This document shows positions 37,700 to 50,100 of a DNA stretch of 64,000 nucleotides, piece by piece. The stretch comes from Tubulanus polymorphus (Eukaryota; Animalia; Nemertea). The notes beneath the pieces were generated by a model. The model saw only the letters and a program-made list of their open reading frames with translations, was not told the origin of the DNA and searched no databases. A program made the position numbers and the translations under genes. Where the stretch lies: assembly GCF_964204645.1 (NCBI RefSeq), contig NC_134033.1:7944655-8008654 (forward strand), in the 5' to 3' direction. Position 1 is the stretch's first letter; the number at the start of each line of letters is the position of its first letter.

Positions 37700-38832
37700 T
37701 ACCTTTGTCTTTGGGCCAGCGAAGGAATTTTTTCGCTGCGGCCTGCTTTGGAATTTTTGGCAAAGAACCAACGACCAGGTTCGGTTGGGCGTCAATGGCG
37801 AATTGAAGCCCTAAAACATCGAGTAAAACCGGGCATCCCGGACAGGACTTTATGTCCTGTGCGGGCGTTTTGTTTCTTTTAGATCGCTCTGCTTCACGGA
37901 GGGGTTCACGGGAGCGGTTATTTATTCCGCTGCTGGATCACCTAAAGGGTGATATTTCACGGGACACAGTGGCCCGATGGGTCTCTTCACTGATCAAGGA
38001 CATTTTATTGAAGGAGAATCTTTCCTCGGAGGGAGTGGTTTCTCATCAAGTGAGGTCTATGGCTACTTCCTGCGCAGCCTTTTTCGGGTGCTCCGTTGGA
38101 GGAAGTCTGTCGGGCTGCCTTTTGGAATTCTCCATCGACATTCACGTCATTTTATTTACGGGATGTTTCAGGCCAGTTAGGCTCATTAGCTTCACTTGGT
38201 CCTGTTGTCATGGCTCAAGGTGTCCGTTCTTTCCGATCGGACCCTTTAGTGTAGAATATTTATGTTGCATTATCAGGATCACAGGGGGTGTATCCTTGTA
38301 CATAGTTTGGGCTCATATCTGCAAGTATTAATTTCGCAAAATTCCGGAGGGGCCCCTGAGCTGGACGGACTCACTGTGGCCAACCGGTCTTCCCTGTGCT
38401 ACAGTGCTCCATTCCGTGCTTGGGTAAGTGCTCTCTTTTTCCCTCTTACCTTGCGTTTGAGCGGTGGTTTTTCTATCTACCTTTCCCACCATCCTTGTGC
38501 TAGGCTAGTCTAGCAAAAACCATAGGAAAGGGTACAGTACTCGACGGAAATATTACAATTTTTGGAACTAAAATTTGTATTTCCGAGTAGTACTTACCCT
38601 TTCCTATGGTGGGAATCCCGCCCACCTGCCCCACATAGCTGTTTTTTTTTTGGTCTGCTATGACGTAAAAAGATGGCGGATTTCGCCGGTGGCTAAATGC
38701 AATACCGCAGGGCCTGGTCGTATAGATAAACCATTTGGGATCAATCCAAATTTAGAAAATATTGGCAAAAACCATAGGAAAGGGTAAGTACTACTCGGAA
38801 ATACAAATTTTAGTTCCAAAAATTGTAATTTT
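37700..38832 (+). mobile_element. DIRS retrotransposon 3' end: tyrosine recombinase C-terminus plus ICR and right ITR
   Basis: LCPVRA, RLFI, SHQVRSMATS, frameshifted AAFWNSPSTFTSFYLRD; perfect 59-bp inverted repeat 38552-38610 / 38771-38829. Confidence 0.88.
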
Positions 38833-38869
38833 TCAAGCACGTTATTGTTTTAGACACAGCATCCTCAGC

Positions 38870-39240
38870 GAGAGCGCCAACTATGTGTGAAGTTTTAGTA
38901 CGCCCCCAATGATAGTTCATTGAATTGTAATGACTGGGAAACATTTTTTTCAATAGTTCTCTCGCGTGATTTCAACTAGGAAAAATGTAAACAAGGTTTC
39001 AGCCCTAATTACCTCCAGTTCCTTAGAGTCCGGACGAAAAAATGAAGATATTTTCCCTATCTTCGATATGCTTTTGTGTTTTCCAGAATCGCAATGTTTT
39101 TTTACATCGTTAAGGCCGCCGTAAGAGATGCTGAAATCAGTGCCACAAGACAAACAGAACGCAAAGTAAACTCCCCGTTTACTTTTGGCTACGCAAGGAA
39201 ATGTCAACTTATAGTCTTTCGGAATTTTTGCATTCGCTTC
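38870..39240 (-). mobile_element. hAT-like transposase N-terminal zinc-finger fragment
   Basis: AFCLSCGTDFSISYGGLNDVKKHCDSGKHK...ISSFF..VIRAE; CAGGGCTGCCAACC terminus-like motif at ~37314. Confidence 0.65.
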
Positions 39241-39244
39241 GTTT

Positions 39245-40511
39245 TTTAGCCCACTTGGGACTTTAGTCCCAGCGGGCTATTGCGTTCACTTTTCGTCCGT
39301 CGTCCGTACGGTAGCGTTCGTCCGTCCGTAGACGGAATCCAGTTATTTTGGGAAGTTTTGAAGACGCTTCAAGGTAACGTCTTGATATTTGGGTTACACG
39401 TGTATCTACCCTAGACACATCTTCAGCCCAAAAACTGGCCCTGTCAGAATCAAGATGGCTGACTGGCAGCCATTGTTGTTCGCCAAAATCAGCACTTTTT
39501 ACACATTTTTGAACTTTTTGAGGGAAATTTTGAAGACGCTTCGATCAATTACCTTGATCTTTCGGATATATATGAATCCCCCCAGGGCCCATCAACGAAA
39601 CAAAAATTGGACTCAAGATGGCCGTCCGATGACCTTTTTAGTGCCTAAAAATGTTAATTTTTGCCCGAATTCTGAGTCATGTAGCTTCCTACTGGTTTAC
39701 CATTTCTCATTGCAATTTGTGATGGGTATTCTTTGGAAAGGGATGTTTTATACCTCAGACAGGTATTTTTCATCAGCCAATTATGACGCAATTGGCGGCC
39801 ATCTTGGTGTCATCAGTACTCATTCGTAAGTGGGAAAAAGTTTTTCCACATTATATTGATACCTAAGCGTATTTTGCTACCACAATCAATTAGAAAGTTG
39901 TAGCTCATAACGTGTTCTATGATTGTGGTGAGTTTCAAGGTAATTGGATTTCGTATGGCCACCAGGGGGCGTTGAATAATACAATATCTTAGCATTTCTT
40001 TATTATATTCGTACCTATGCATATTTTGTAACCACAATCAATTGGAAAGTTGTAGCTCATGACATCATCTATGATTGTTGTGAGTTTTAAGGACATTAGT
40101 TTTTCTATATGGTCACCAGGGGGCGTTGAATAGTAGAATAACTTAGTATTTACTTATTATATTGGTACCTAGGCATATTTTGTTACCATGATCAATTGCA
40201 AAGTTGTAGTTCATGACATGTTCTATGATTGTGGTGAGTTTCGAGGTCATTGGGTTTTGAATATGGTCACCAGGGGGCGTTGAATAGTAGAATGACTTAG
40301 TATTTCCATATTAAATTGGTAACGAGGCATATTTTGTTATCACAATCAATTACAAAATCGTAGCTGCTGACATGTTCTATGATTTTGGTGAGTTTCAAGG
40401 TCGTTGGTTTTTGTAAATGGTCACCAGGGGGCGTTGAATATTGAAATTGTTAGATTGTTGAGCATTTGAAACCATTTCCCAAGTGGGCATGGTGTCCCTG
40501 GACCCCTAGTT
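39245..40511 (+). mobile_element. Family A HINE, full length, four 154-bp central repeats
   Basis: 12-bp subTIRs GCCCACTTGGGA / TCCCAAGTGGGC; units at 39956, 40110, 40264, 40418. Confidence 0.85.
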
Positions 40512-42420
40512 TTGTCATTGGGCCAGATTCATCGGCGGATCCCGAATCGCTGTGTGACGACGGCCCAGCGTCTGCCATCTTGTTGATGGTTGAGCTAATT
40601 ACCGACCGAAACCAATATTTCCTAATTCAATTCAAATCAAAAGTGAATACGGCTGATGCTGAACGAAGGTCAATTCAATTCACATCTTTACTGAGTCACG
40701 CTTTTTCCGTAACAATTTTTTCCATCAAATTTATTTGATTTAATTTATTTCATAGACATTATGAGGAAATGAAGATGTTTTATAATAAAAATCGTATTCT
40801 TGAAATTATTTTCGGGACATCGGGACACGTTTTTTTAACCCTGTCGGAACGGCGTATTGTCGGAACGTGACCAATTCATTTATACGGAATAAGCACTTAT
40901 ACGGTTTAACCGGAGACGGATTAACCGAGGTTGACTGTAGTTGAATTCGAACGCCGCATTAGTTGTCGTTTCCTCGCTACGATCCTGCCTCTGTGTGTCT
41001 TGATGACCTCTGCATCTTTTATGCGCTACTGCTTGGCGCTAAGGTTTTTGATGAGGCGGGTACGTAGCAGGGAGGCCGCATTATGCTCGCAGGGAATAAA
41101 CATCGCTCACACGTACATATTGTTCATGTCGAACTGATCCACTGTAGTTTGAAAATAGATAGAGAATTCATTAGAATGTCTAACTTGTTACTAACCCGCC
41201 CACATAGAAAGAGTCTTTTTAGTATCATTGATCATGGTTTAAAAAAGTAATGTACAGGGTAGATAGGTGGCTGGCTGTGTCAACTGTGTAAGCTCAGCAA
41301 TGAGTGAAGAGACGAGGTATCAATTTTTTAGCCTCAGGTCTTGACTTTAAATCCTGAAAATCCTGACAGTTTGTATGGAACTTAGAATACTTTCTCATCT
41401 CCCGATACAGCTAGATTTGATTTCAGCTTCAGCAACAAAAATATAAATATGACATCTGAGATCTTTTTGATTTAATGAAACCTTATAATTTATTAGGAGG
41501 CTTATAATCTATAATGATTACATATATTTCATTTCAAAATCTATTAGGCCTACTTAAAATGTGTTACGTATTTACCTTCTCTTCCTCGTATAAACAACTG
41601 TTTGTCATTTAAAATCTAATTACCTTATACTTTTATAACATGTATTTCCTTTTATGTTAAGTATAAGCTGAAAGAGCACCTTACTAAACCAATGTATGGT
41701 CTAGTATGGTGGATATGATTAACTCCTTCAATTCACTAACTTCTGCGCTGTATCTAACAGTGCCCATGGGCACCTCGTTGAAGTTTTCGAGGGATATTTT
41801 GAAGACGCTTTAATCAATTACCTTGATTGTACGCATATATTTGTATCCCCCAAGGACCCATCAGCATGAGAAAAATTGGAGAGCTTGGACTCAAGATGGC
41901 CATCCTGTGACCTTTTTTGTGCCCAAAAATGTCAATTTTGGTCTGAGCTCTTAGTCATGTAGCTTCCTAATGGTTTGATATTTTTCATTGGAATTTGGGT
42001 ATTCTATGAAAAGCGATCTTTAATACCTTAGACAGGTATTTTCGATCAGCCAATTATAACGCAATTTTGCAGCCATCTTAGTTTCATCAGAATTCATTCA
42101 TAGGTGGAAAAAGGATTTTTGAGGAAAATAACACAGGTTTTGAATTAATAGCCTTCATGTTCGATCATTTATAGCACAGTAATATGATAATCTCTTCATA
42201 TGGAATTTGGGATCACCCAATTCTTTGTTCTTGCCACTAAGGAGTTAGATATTGAATAATATATAATTTGTCTACTTATAATGGTACCTATGCATATTTT
42301 GTAACTACAATCAATTGCAATGTTATAGCTCATGGCATTTTCTATGATTTTGGTGAGTTTCAATGTCATTGGTTTTTGTATATGGTCACCAGGGGCGATG
42401 AATTGTACATTAAATTAGTT

Positions 42421-42975
42421 TTTAGGCCAGCCGTAGGATGGGCCTATTACTATGCAAATGGAGCGATTTTGAATGACATGGTTTCCAGAGTAAATGCTCT
42501 TTGACTGTGCAACTGAGCATATATTCATACAAATCATTCATTAGAGCATTATCCATATTCCTAACGCGTTGAAGCTGAATTTTGAAAAAAGTTTGTTGAA
42601 ATTTATATGAGACTTTTTGTGAAAATCTGAATGTAAAATATCTGTTTTAGAAAGCCAATCAGAAAGCAGGTGTTCACGTGAACGTACAGTATCATCTACT
42701 GACTACCGGGTTTCATTTTAAGATCCAAAATTGCATTTCAAGATCGATTCCTGTAAAATCTTTAATTGATTTGGTTTTGAATCCAATTCAATTTTACTTT
42801 ATTGAACAAATAAAAGATCAAATCCAATTCCATTTTGTTTTATTGAGCAAATTTCACGAAATTCAATTTGATTCCGCTTTCGAATCAATAAGACCAAGAG
42901 AAAAGATTTATCTGAGGTATTTGTTCTTGCCAGCTCCAGTCACTGTCACGATTGTATTGTGTAAATTATAGGATG
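42421..42975 (+). mobile_element. Family B HINE, 3'-truncated (preceded by family A-like remnant 41780-42420)
   Basis: AGGCCAGCCGTAGG..GCCTATTACTAT start shared with 46182 and 48271. Confidence 0.7.
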
Positions 42976-43026
42976 TTGCGTGCAAGTCCTCTTATAAATG
43001 TGATAGTGACGGTGTACGTAAACACA

Positions 43027-46000
43027 TTTTTACCTGTCATGAAGGTTATAAGATGGTAGTGAGTCGATGACGTCATTTTCATGCCACCACTTATAATTTG
43101 TTGGTGGGAGTTCAGATAAAGATTTGTCAAATGAATAGATACTTTAATCTTATTAATGCAGAGTGCGAAATTTCACTTTTTAATAAATATTTCCCTAGTA
43201 AGACTGTGGGAAAGTTTCTATCTTTGAATGGGCGAATCACGGCGGCAGAGTGCACCTGTGTCTAGGCGGAAATAGTTCCATATGAGGGCAAAGCTTTTAA
43301 ATGATTAGACAGTCGGAGGTAGTTTATCAACTTTTTTCAACTATAGTGCTACTATTTTTCCAATCAAATTGCTAGATTTCGATCGTTTCTCATGAGTCAG
43401 CACTTGCAGTTCAAGTGTGATTTTGATGTGCGTAGTGTTACATTATGACTAGCGTAATGAATGGCGGCGCCATGTTTAAGCTGCGCGTGGAATTATAGGG
43501 TGGAATTATCTTGATTGTATCCATACGAAGTTTATTAAAGGTTAGTGTCAACAAATGGTCCATTATAGTCCCTCTAATTTATGTGGAGAGACGGGAAAAC
43601 TGTGGTCTGTTTCATGTTATATTTGGCCTACATGACTGACCTTACTTGAGCGTTCGCTGCCGGCGCGCCGCTTCAAAGTTATTAATGTAGTATTATATAA
43701 ATGATTGTTAATGACATACAACAAATAAACCTTTAAAGAAAGGTACCTAGTGTCTGATATTCTACTGAAAAATTCCGGATTGATTCACCGCATAGTTTTT
43801 TCATAGTGAGCATTTTAGTATATGAATCAGTTAAGATGATTGACAGGAGCGGGTGCCGTTGTATCAGCTGTTGAAGACGTTCGATGTCAACAATAATATA
43901 AACCAAGTGCGCGATGCAAACAGGGACATCAAACTAAGAAGCACTGAATTTCTGAATTACATGTGATTTGAATAGGCCATATGTGCTGGTTTTTCAAAAA
44001 GTCAAATCTTAATTGACTCCTATTGCATCGGCCTAGGCTAGGCCCTCTGGAATCAAATTGAATTCGACACAGTAATTCGCCTGTAATTTACGATGAATCA
44101 TTTCGAAAATTAGCTTGAAGATTGGGTCTGACAAGATGTCCACCCCGATTGTAAAAAAGGTAATTGGTGATCAAATATGGCTGCCATTGGGGTGGCCATC
44201 TTGAATTTCTTGTTTGCACGATGCAGCCCGCAATTCTTGATGGATTTTCGCAAAATTTGGTGTGAGGGTACAGACTGCTTACCCCCACGGAATTTCCGTA
44301 TTTGCTACGGATTTTAGTAGCTAAATACGGAAGCATAGATGCTCCGTAAAAACTACGGTTTTTCATCTGTTCTTTTCAAAATACCGATTTGTTTTATCTT
44401 CCTGTATGAAAATATGGCTAAAGTATATCATCACATCTGTGAATACAGTTATGAACTTTCAAAAGCAGGAGTACGGGGGTTCGTTTACTTCTACTCCTCG
44501 TAATTCTGGTCAGAGTATTGTTTTTATGCCAGGGGCGTACACGTGCGTCTATCTATTCTTTCACTGTATTGCTGCTGTGTATGATCAATATAATATATAT
44601 ATGATTATTTTATCGTGTCCTGAAAAATACTAAGTAGTAAATAAGTATGAATAAAGGTCGAGGTAGATATTTCTTCAGCTGGTAAAACCTGGGATTAAAG
44701 GCTCATTGACTTAACAGTGGTTTTTACTATATTTCGTGTGGCCAGGCTTTTTTATTTTGAGGTACGTATAATGTCAGAAGGCAAAATAGAAATGAAAATG
44801 AAATTGTTTTTTGTATTTTCTTCTTAAACGATTATTTTCCTGACTTCATTAATAGATATTTTCATCCTTGGGGAAAGCCCACTACTCAACTTTTCATCAC
44901 AGTGGCAGCACCTGCCTGATACGCCTGATAAGTAGATACACTCCCGGGAACGATCGATTGATGCTTAATTGGAAACTATTGACAGACAAAGATTCATTAG
45001 ACTACTGATTCGAGCTTATTTTTACTGAAATAAGTATGCAATACTACTGATGTTGAAATTTGGGGATAAGCAGGTCTGAGGGTAGGTAAGCTGTCCATGC
45101 CTATTGTATATGGAGGTCATCGGCTTTCAAATATGGCTGCCAGGGTAGCCATCTTGAATTTCTAGCACGAAACAGCCTGCAATTCTTGATGCATTTTCAT
45201 GATACTAGGTGTAATAATTTTGGTAGTTGAAATGTCTACCCCTTATTGAAAATAAAGGTCAGGTATGGCCACCTTGGTTGCCATCCATCTTGGATTTCTT
45301 TTCAGCACGATGCCTACAATTCTTAATGCATTTTTTCATCCAGTGTGATCTTTGGGGCAGCGAAAATGGGCTTGTCTTTACATGCAAGGATATATTAACA
45401 GAAAATGAACATTATTGCCTCATAGCCTATACCATCATAAATATTTAAGTTCATCCTCAAACTAGAAGATCTTGGAATTAGAAATATTAAAGATTGGTCA
45501 CATGTTTAATAGTAACAGAATTCGACATTTTTTCCTTCATAATACCAGTAATCACCAGCATAATACTCGGCAACAAAATTATGTTTTGAGCAGCATACCA
45601 AAAGTATCTACAACAAATGTTTTCCGCGCCTTGTTCCGTATCGATGGCAAAATGCCCCAAAATCACTAAGAGATTCTCCTACATTGAAATCTCTACGTTC
45701 AAACTTCAAACTTTTTTCGTTAAGCAAATATTGACCTCATAGTCTGGCTTCCTTTCGTAATTCTTTAAGGGACCTTCATTTAGTATGTACGCATTGTTTC
45801 ATGGATTTTGGTCCCTCCTCTTTGCACAAGGTCAGCCATTTTTTCCTGTGTCTTGGAGAGCTCGCTTCCTTGGCCCCTCCCCTACATGCGTACATACGAA
45901 ATGAACGACCCCATATAATGCTATTTGATGTATTCTGTTAATTTGATTCATATATTAGGGGATTATATTTTTCCCCCTTCCCGCCATTTGTAATTTTGTA

Positions 46001-47321
46001 AATTTGAATGTGTGCATGATTGATGAGTATGTGTTTTGACCGCTTGTGAGGGATAGGTGTCTCATACCCGACAAGCAACCTTGCTTTAATTGAGCACCTA
46101 CCACTGATATCGGAACATCCTTTATAAATATAAAATTTGTTACAATTTCTTGTGGAAATAAACTATTATCATAAACTGTTATTAGGCCAGCAGTTGGCTG
46201 AGCCTATTACTATACAAATGGAGCGAATTTAAATGACATGGTTTCCAGAGCAAAGGCTCTTTTACTGTGCAACTGAGCATATATTCATATAAATCATTCA
46301 TTAAAGCATTATCCATTCTCCAAACTCAACGTAGCTGAATTTTGAAAGAGGGCCTAGTTAAAATTTATATGAGCTTTTTCGCGAATATCTGATCGCAAAA
46401 ATATTTGTTTTGAAAAGCCAATCAAAGGCAAGGAATCTTCTATGATTGGCTTAGCCGCAGAAATCAGCAGATGTTCACGTGAACCCGCGGTATCATCTAC
46501 CACTTTACTTCCGGGTTTTATTTTAAGATCTAAAATTGTATTTCAAGATCGATTTCTGTGAAAGGGTTTGTTGATTTGGTTTTTGGGAGGAATATTTTTA
46601 TTAGCACTATAGAAAATATCATTGACCATTGTGCAAAGTCCGGGAAAAATAGCTATTTCTTAAATCGGATAGATGACCTTGATATGCTAGTTAGCCATGT
46701 GCTCAAACTGCAAATTCAATCAAATTTGATTCCGCAAAAATTATCAAATCCAATTCAATTTTACTTTATTGAACAAACAAAAACATCCAATCCAATTCAA
46801 TTTTGTTTTATTGAGCAAATTTCAGAAAATTCTATTCTATTCCCCATTAAAATCAATAAGACCAAGGGAAAAGATTTATCTGAGGTATTTGTTCCTGCCA
46901 GATCCAGTCGCCGTCTGTGCTACTTTTGTATTCTACAATTGTATTGTGTAAATTATTAGGTATTGACTAAGTTAGTTACCTAATCGTTGGTGGTAAGCTT
47001 TTTATTATCGGATGGGCTTATACCAAATGGCCTTCCCATTCCTGACTGTGGTTTGTGAAAATATCCGATCGTGAAACTCAACCACAGACAGGTTACTGAC
47101 TAGTATTGACTCTGAGCTGGGAGTGTACTTTGACAAATTTAACCCACAGAATGCATCATCATTTGCCATTTTATGAAAAGCTGACAGGCTGGCCATGGTG
47201 CCCCTTGGGGCTCTTGTTTATAACTATTTTAAAACTGTTACATCGTTACAATGTAAATCATTCTGTAAAACTTTGAATACTTGGATCATTCTTCTTCTAC
47301 TGCGTCATGAAGGTATAAGGC
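43027..47321 (+). mobile_element. Family C HINE with nested insertions
   Basis: Collinear with 8812-9120 and 10276-11680. Confidence 0.75.
46182..47219 (+). mobile_element. Family B HINE
   Basis: subTIRs GGCCAGC / GCTGGCC; 3' hairpin GCCCCTTGGGGC then TCTTGTT. Confidence 0.8.
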
Positions 47322-47607
47322 TATAACAGTATTAATTGATTGTCTGCTATTTTGCTATGTTCTGCTATATCAAACTTCACCATTTAGATGGCACAATGAC
47401 TGTCTAGTCATCTCAATAATCCTAGAAATCAAATAATAGCTCTGCTCTTGCCAGGTTACCGAGGTCGAGAGGATGCGTCCCAATTCTCTTCACACCTCTC
47501 CGGACTCTCCCTCGAATAGATCTATTCTTGGACAATGAAACTAGGAAATCGGTTTTGATTTTACAAAATATGAAATCCAATTAAATTTCATTCGATAAAT
47601 ATTTCAG

Positions 47608-47753
47608 GTGTTTTGTATCATCGTTGGGGGCAGTTGATTAAAGCAGAGAAGACGTACTTGAAAGCGCTGGAACTCGACGCTGGACTGAATCACGCTCACG
47701 AGTATTTAGTCATGGTCCGAAAAAAGATCGCTACCTCAAGGCAAAATACATGA
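47608..47753 (+). CDS. TMTC4: TMTC4-like terminal coding exon
   Basis: tttcag|GT; GVLYHRWGQLIKAEKTYLKALELDAG...RQNT* (TMTC VLYHRWG motif); stop TGA followed by TAA TGA. Confidence 0.93.
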
Positions 47754-47918
47754 TAATGACAATTATTGTTTTATCGAAACCTGCCAAGTATGACTTGAAA
47801 ATTATTCTACCATAAGTTTGCAGACTACTGTAGGGCGATAAAAATGCGCTGGAAGAGGTGCGGTGGAAAAAGGCCGTCTTATTCCAGGTAAATCCTGACA
47901 TGGTTACCTACCGTACTA

Positions 47919-49498
47919 CAGTGGAACCTCGTTCTAACGACCTTGGAACTAACGGACCATCGCTTGTGATGTACGAAAAGAAAAACCTGGGCCAAAAATC
48001 CTCCTCATTTACAGTTAAATTTCATCGGAAACAACGACCCATTTTCTAACGAATTTTCGGTTATAACGACCTTAGTTTTTGAGTCATATTACATCTTTTT
48101 CATCGGGTCTATCGATCGCCAGCCACGATCAATAGCACTTGTTTATTTATTGTCAGGTTTAAACCGAGAGACGGTGTTGCTTTATTTACCTTAGATTAGT
48201 TATTCAGATTAACGATATACAAGGTGTTGCTGGCTGCTACAAGTATTGTTTCAGCTGTTTAAAGTTTTTTTTTTAGGCCAGCCGTAGGCTGAGCCTATTA
48301 CTATACAAATGGAGCGAATTTAAATGACATGGTTTCCACACAAAAGGCTCTTTTGCTTGCCAAGTGAGGGCATATTCGAACAAATCACGTATTTAAGCGT
48401 AATCCATTCTCGGAATCGTAGCGAGCAGAATTTTGAAATAGGGTCTCATGAAAATGTTTTCTGCATTTTTCACGAAAGTTGAATCGGGAAAATTTCAATT
48501 TTTATCAGCCAATCAGGAAGTTGTGTCTTCCCTGTGATTGGTTTATCTGAAAATATCAGCAGCTGTTCACGTGAATTATCGCGATTTCATTACTGGCGCT
48601 TTTGCGCATGACTTCATGTGTCAACACGCGACAATACTTCCGCGTTCGCTACGTGTTCGCTGATTGGCCCATTTACTGGGAAATTCCACAGAAGCCTAAT
48701 GTGGTTTGTTACAAGCGCTGTGATTGGCCCGACCCGATTCTGGCATGGCTATTATGACGCACTTGGCGGGCTCCACCTACGATGAGTACTGAGTACTGAT
48801 GACCCCAACTTGGGGTCATCAGTACTCATTCGTAGGTGGAAAAAAAGTTTTTCCACATCATAATTGATACTTAAGCATATTTTGCTACTATAATCAATTG
48901 GAAAGTTGTAGCTCATGACATGTTCTATGATCGAGGTGAGTTTCAAGCTCATTGGTTTTTGTTTATGGCCACCAGGGGGCGTTGAACAATACAATAACTT
49001 ACTATTTCTATATTACATTCGTACCTATGCATATTTTGCTACCACAATCAATTGGAAAGTTGTAGCTCATGACATGGTCTATGATCTTGGTGAGTTTCAA
49101 GCTCATTGGTTTTTGTATATGGCCACCAGGGGCGTTGAACAATACAATAACTTAGTATTTCTATATTACATTCATTCCTGCTGTCTGTGTTAACACACGA
49201 TTTTACTATGTAAATGATATTGAGCAGGGAGTGTATATTGATAAATATAACCCACAGATTACATCATTTATAAAAAGCAAATCTGACAGGCTGGCCATTG
49301 TGCCCCTTGGGGCTCTTGTTTAATCTTAAAATAGGGATTGACCCTGTTATTTATTTGATTGGTTGATTTCGTTTGATTTTTTTGATTGAGTGTGCCTAAA
49401 AGACCCACCCAATAAATGATGTTAAAGGATCTAACGAACTATCGGATATTACAAACTTTTTATTTTGCCCAGCGGTTCGTTAGAAGGAGGTTCCACCG
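47919..49498. mobile_element. pogo/Tigger-like MITE 165 bp after the TMTC4 stop
   Basis: TIR CAGTGGAACCTCGTTCTAACGA (20/22); TA TSD. Confidence 0.85.
48271..49321 (+). mobile_element. Chimeric HINE: family B ends, family A-type central repeats
   Basis: B-type termini; 48815-49170 matches 39808-40150; units at 48966 and 49120. Confidence 0.8.
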
Positions 49499-49894
49499 TA
49501 ATATTCGTCCAACCTGTATTAGAAGGAGCGAGTCCATACCATAGTGCAGGTATACATTCTACAGTGAAGATATCGGGTGCCTGTTTGTGATAGACAATAT
49601 TTTTCCACCTGTTTTGAGCCATTTGGTCAGAAGAGATATTACACTATACAACTTTCGTAACCCGATTCTAGCTAGGGTTAAAACTAGGGTTGAAATTGAT
49701 TCTCCTCTCTGTGGGGAATTGGTCCTATAGTTTAATGTATCCAGAAATTAAGGTTTTTCTGATAAAAGTTTATACTTTTAATGGATATTGCCCCTAGTAG
49801 GGGAAGCGTTGGTGTGCCAAGTCCACATTGAAAATCCTTGACCATTGGATGCTCAGGGTTAAATGTTATTTATATAAATTCATATTGTCCTGTG

Positions 49895-50100
49895 CTGGGA
49901 ACCGAGAGGTCCCTAGTTCGAAATCACCTCTGGCGTTGGCTGTCGAGACACATACATGGACTAAGCTCTGCTAACTTAGTCAGGTTGTGAGCCATAACAA
50001 CCTATAAAAAGGCCCTGGCCGTCTCTTAAGACCCACTAGGGTTACAGTGTAACTAATTGCAGTTGGGACGTAAAACTCTTCTAAACTAAAAAAAATAAAT
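49895..50100 (+). mobile_element. Possible 5'-truncated tRNA-derived SINE
   Basis: B-box-like GTTCGAAATC; 3' GTTGGGACGTAAAAC and A-rich tail. Confidence 0.4.

Noticed and set aside
39389-39829. Recurrent ORFs (39389, 51728, 51968, 1923, 48752) as a gene family
   Set aside because: They are translations of HINE repeat copies with inconsistent frames and no recognisable domain
39956-40433. Regularly spaced repeats as a CRISPR-like array
   Set aside because: The whole 154-bp unit is repeated (no unique spacers), the context is a eukaryotic intron, and no cas genes are present
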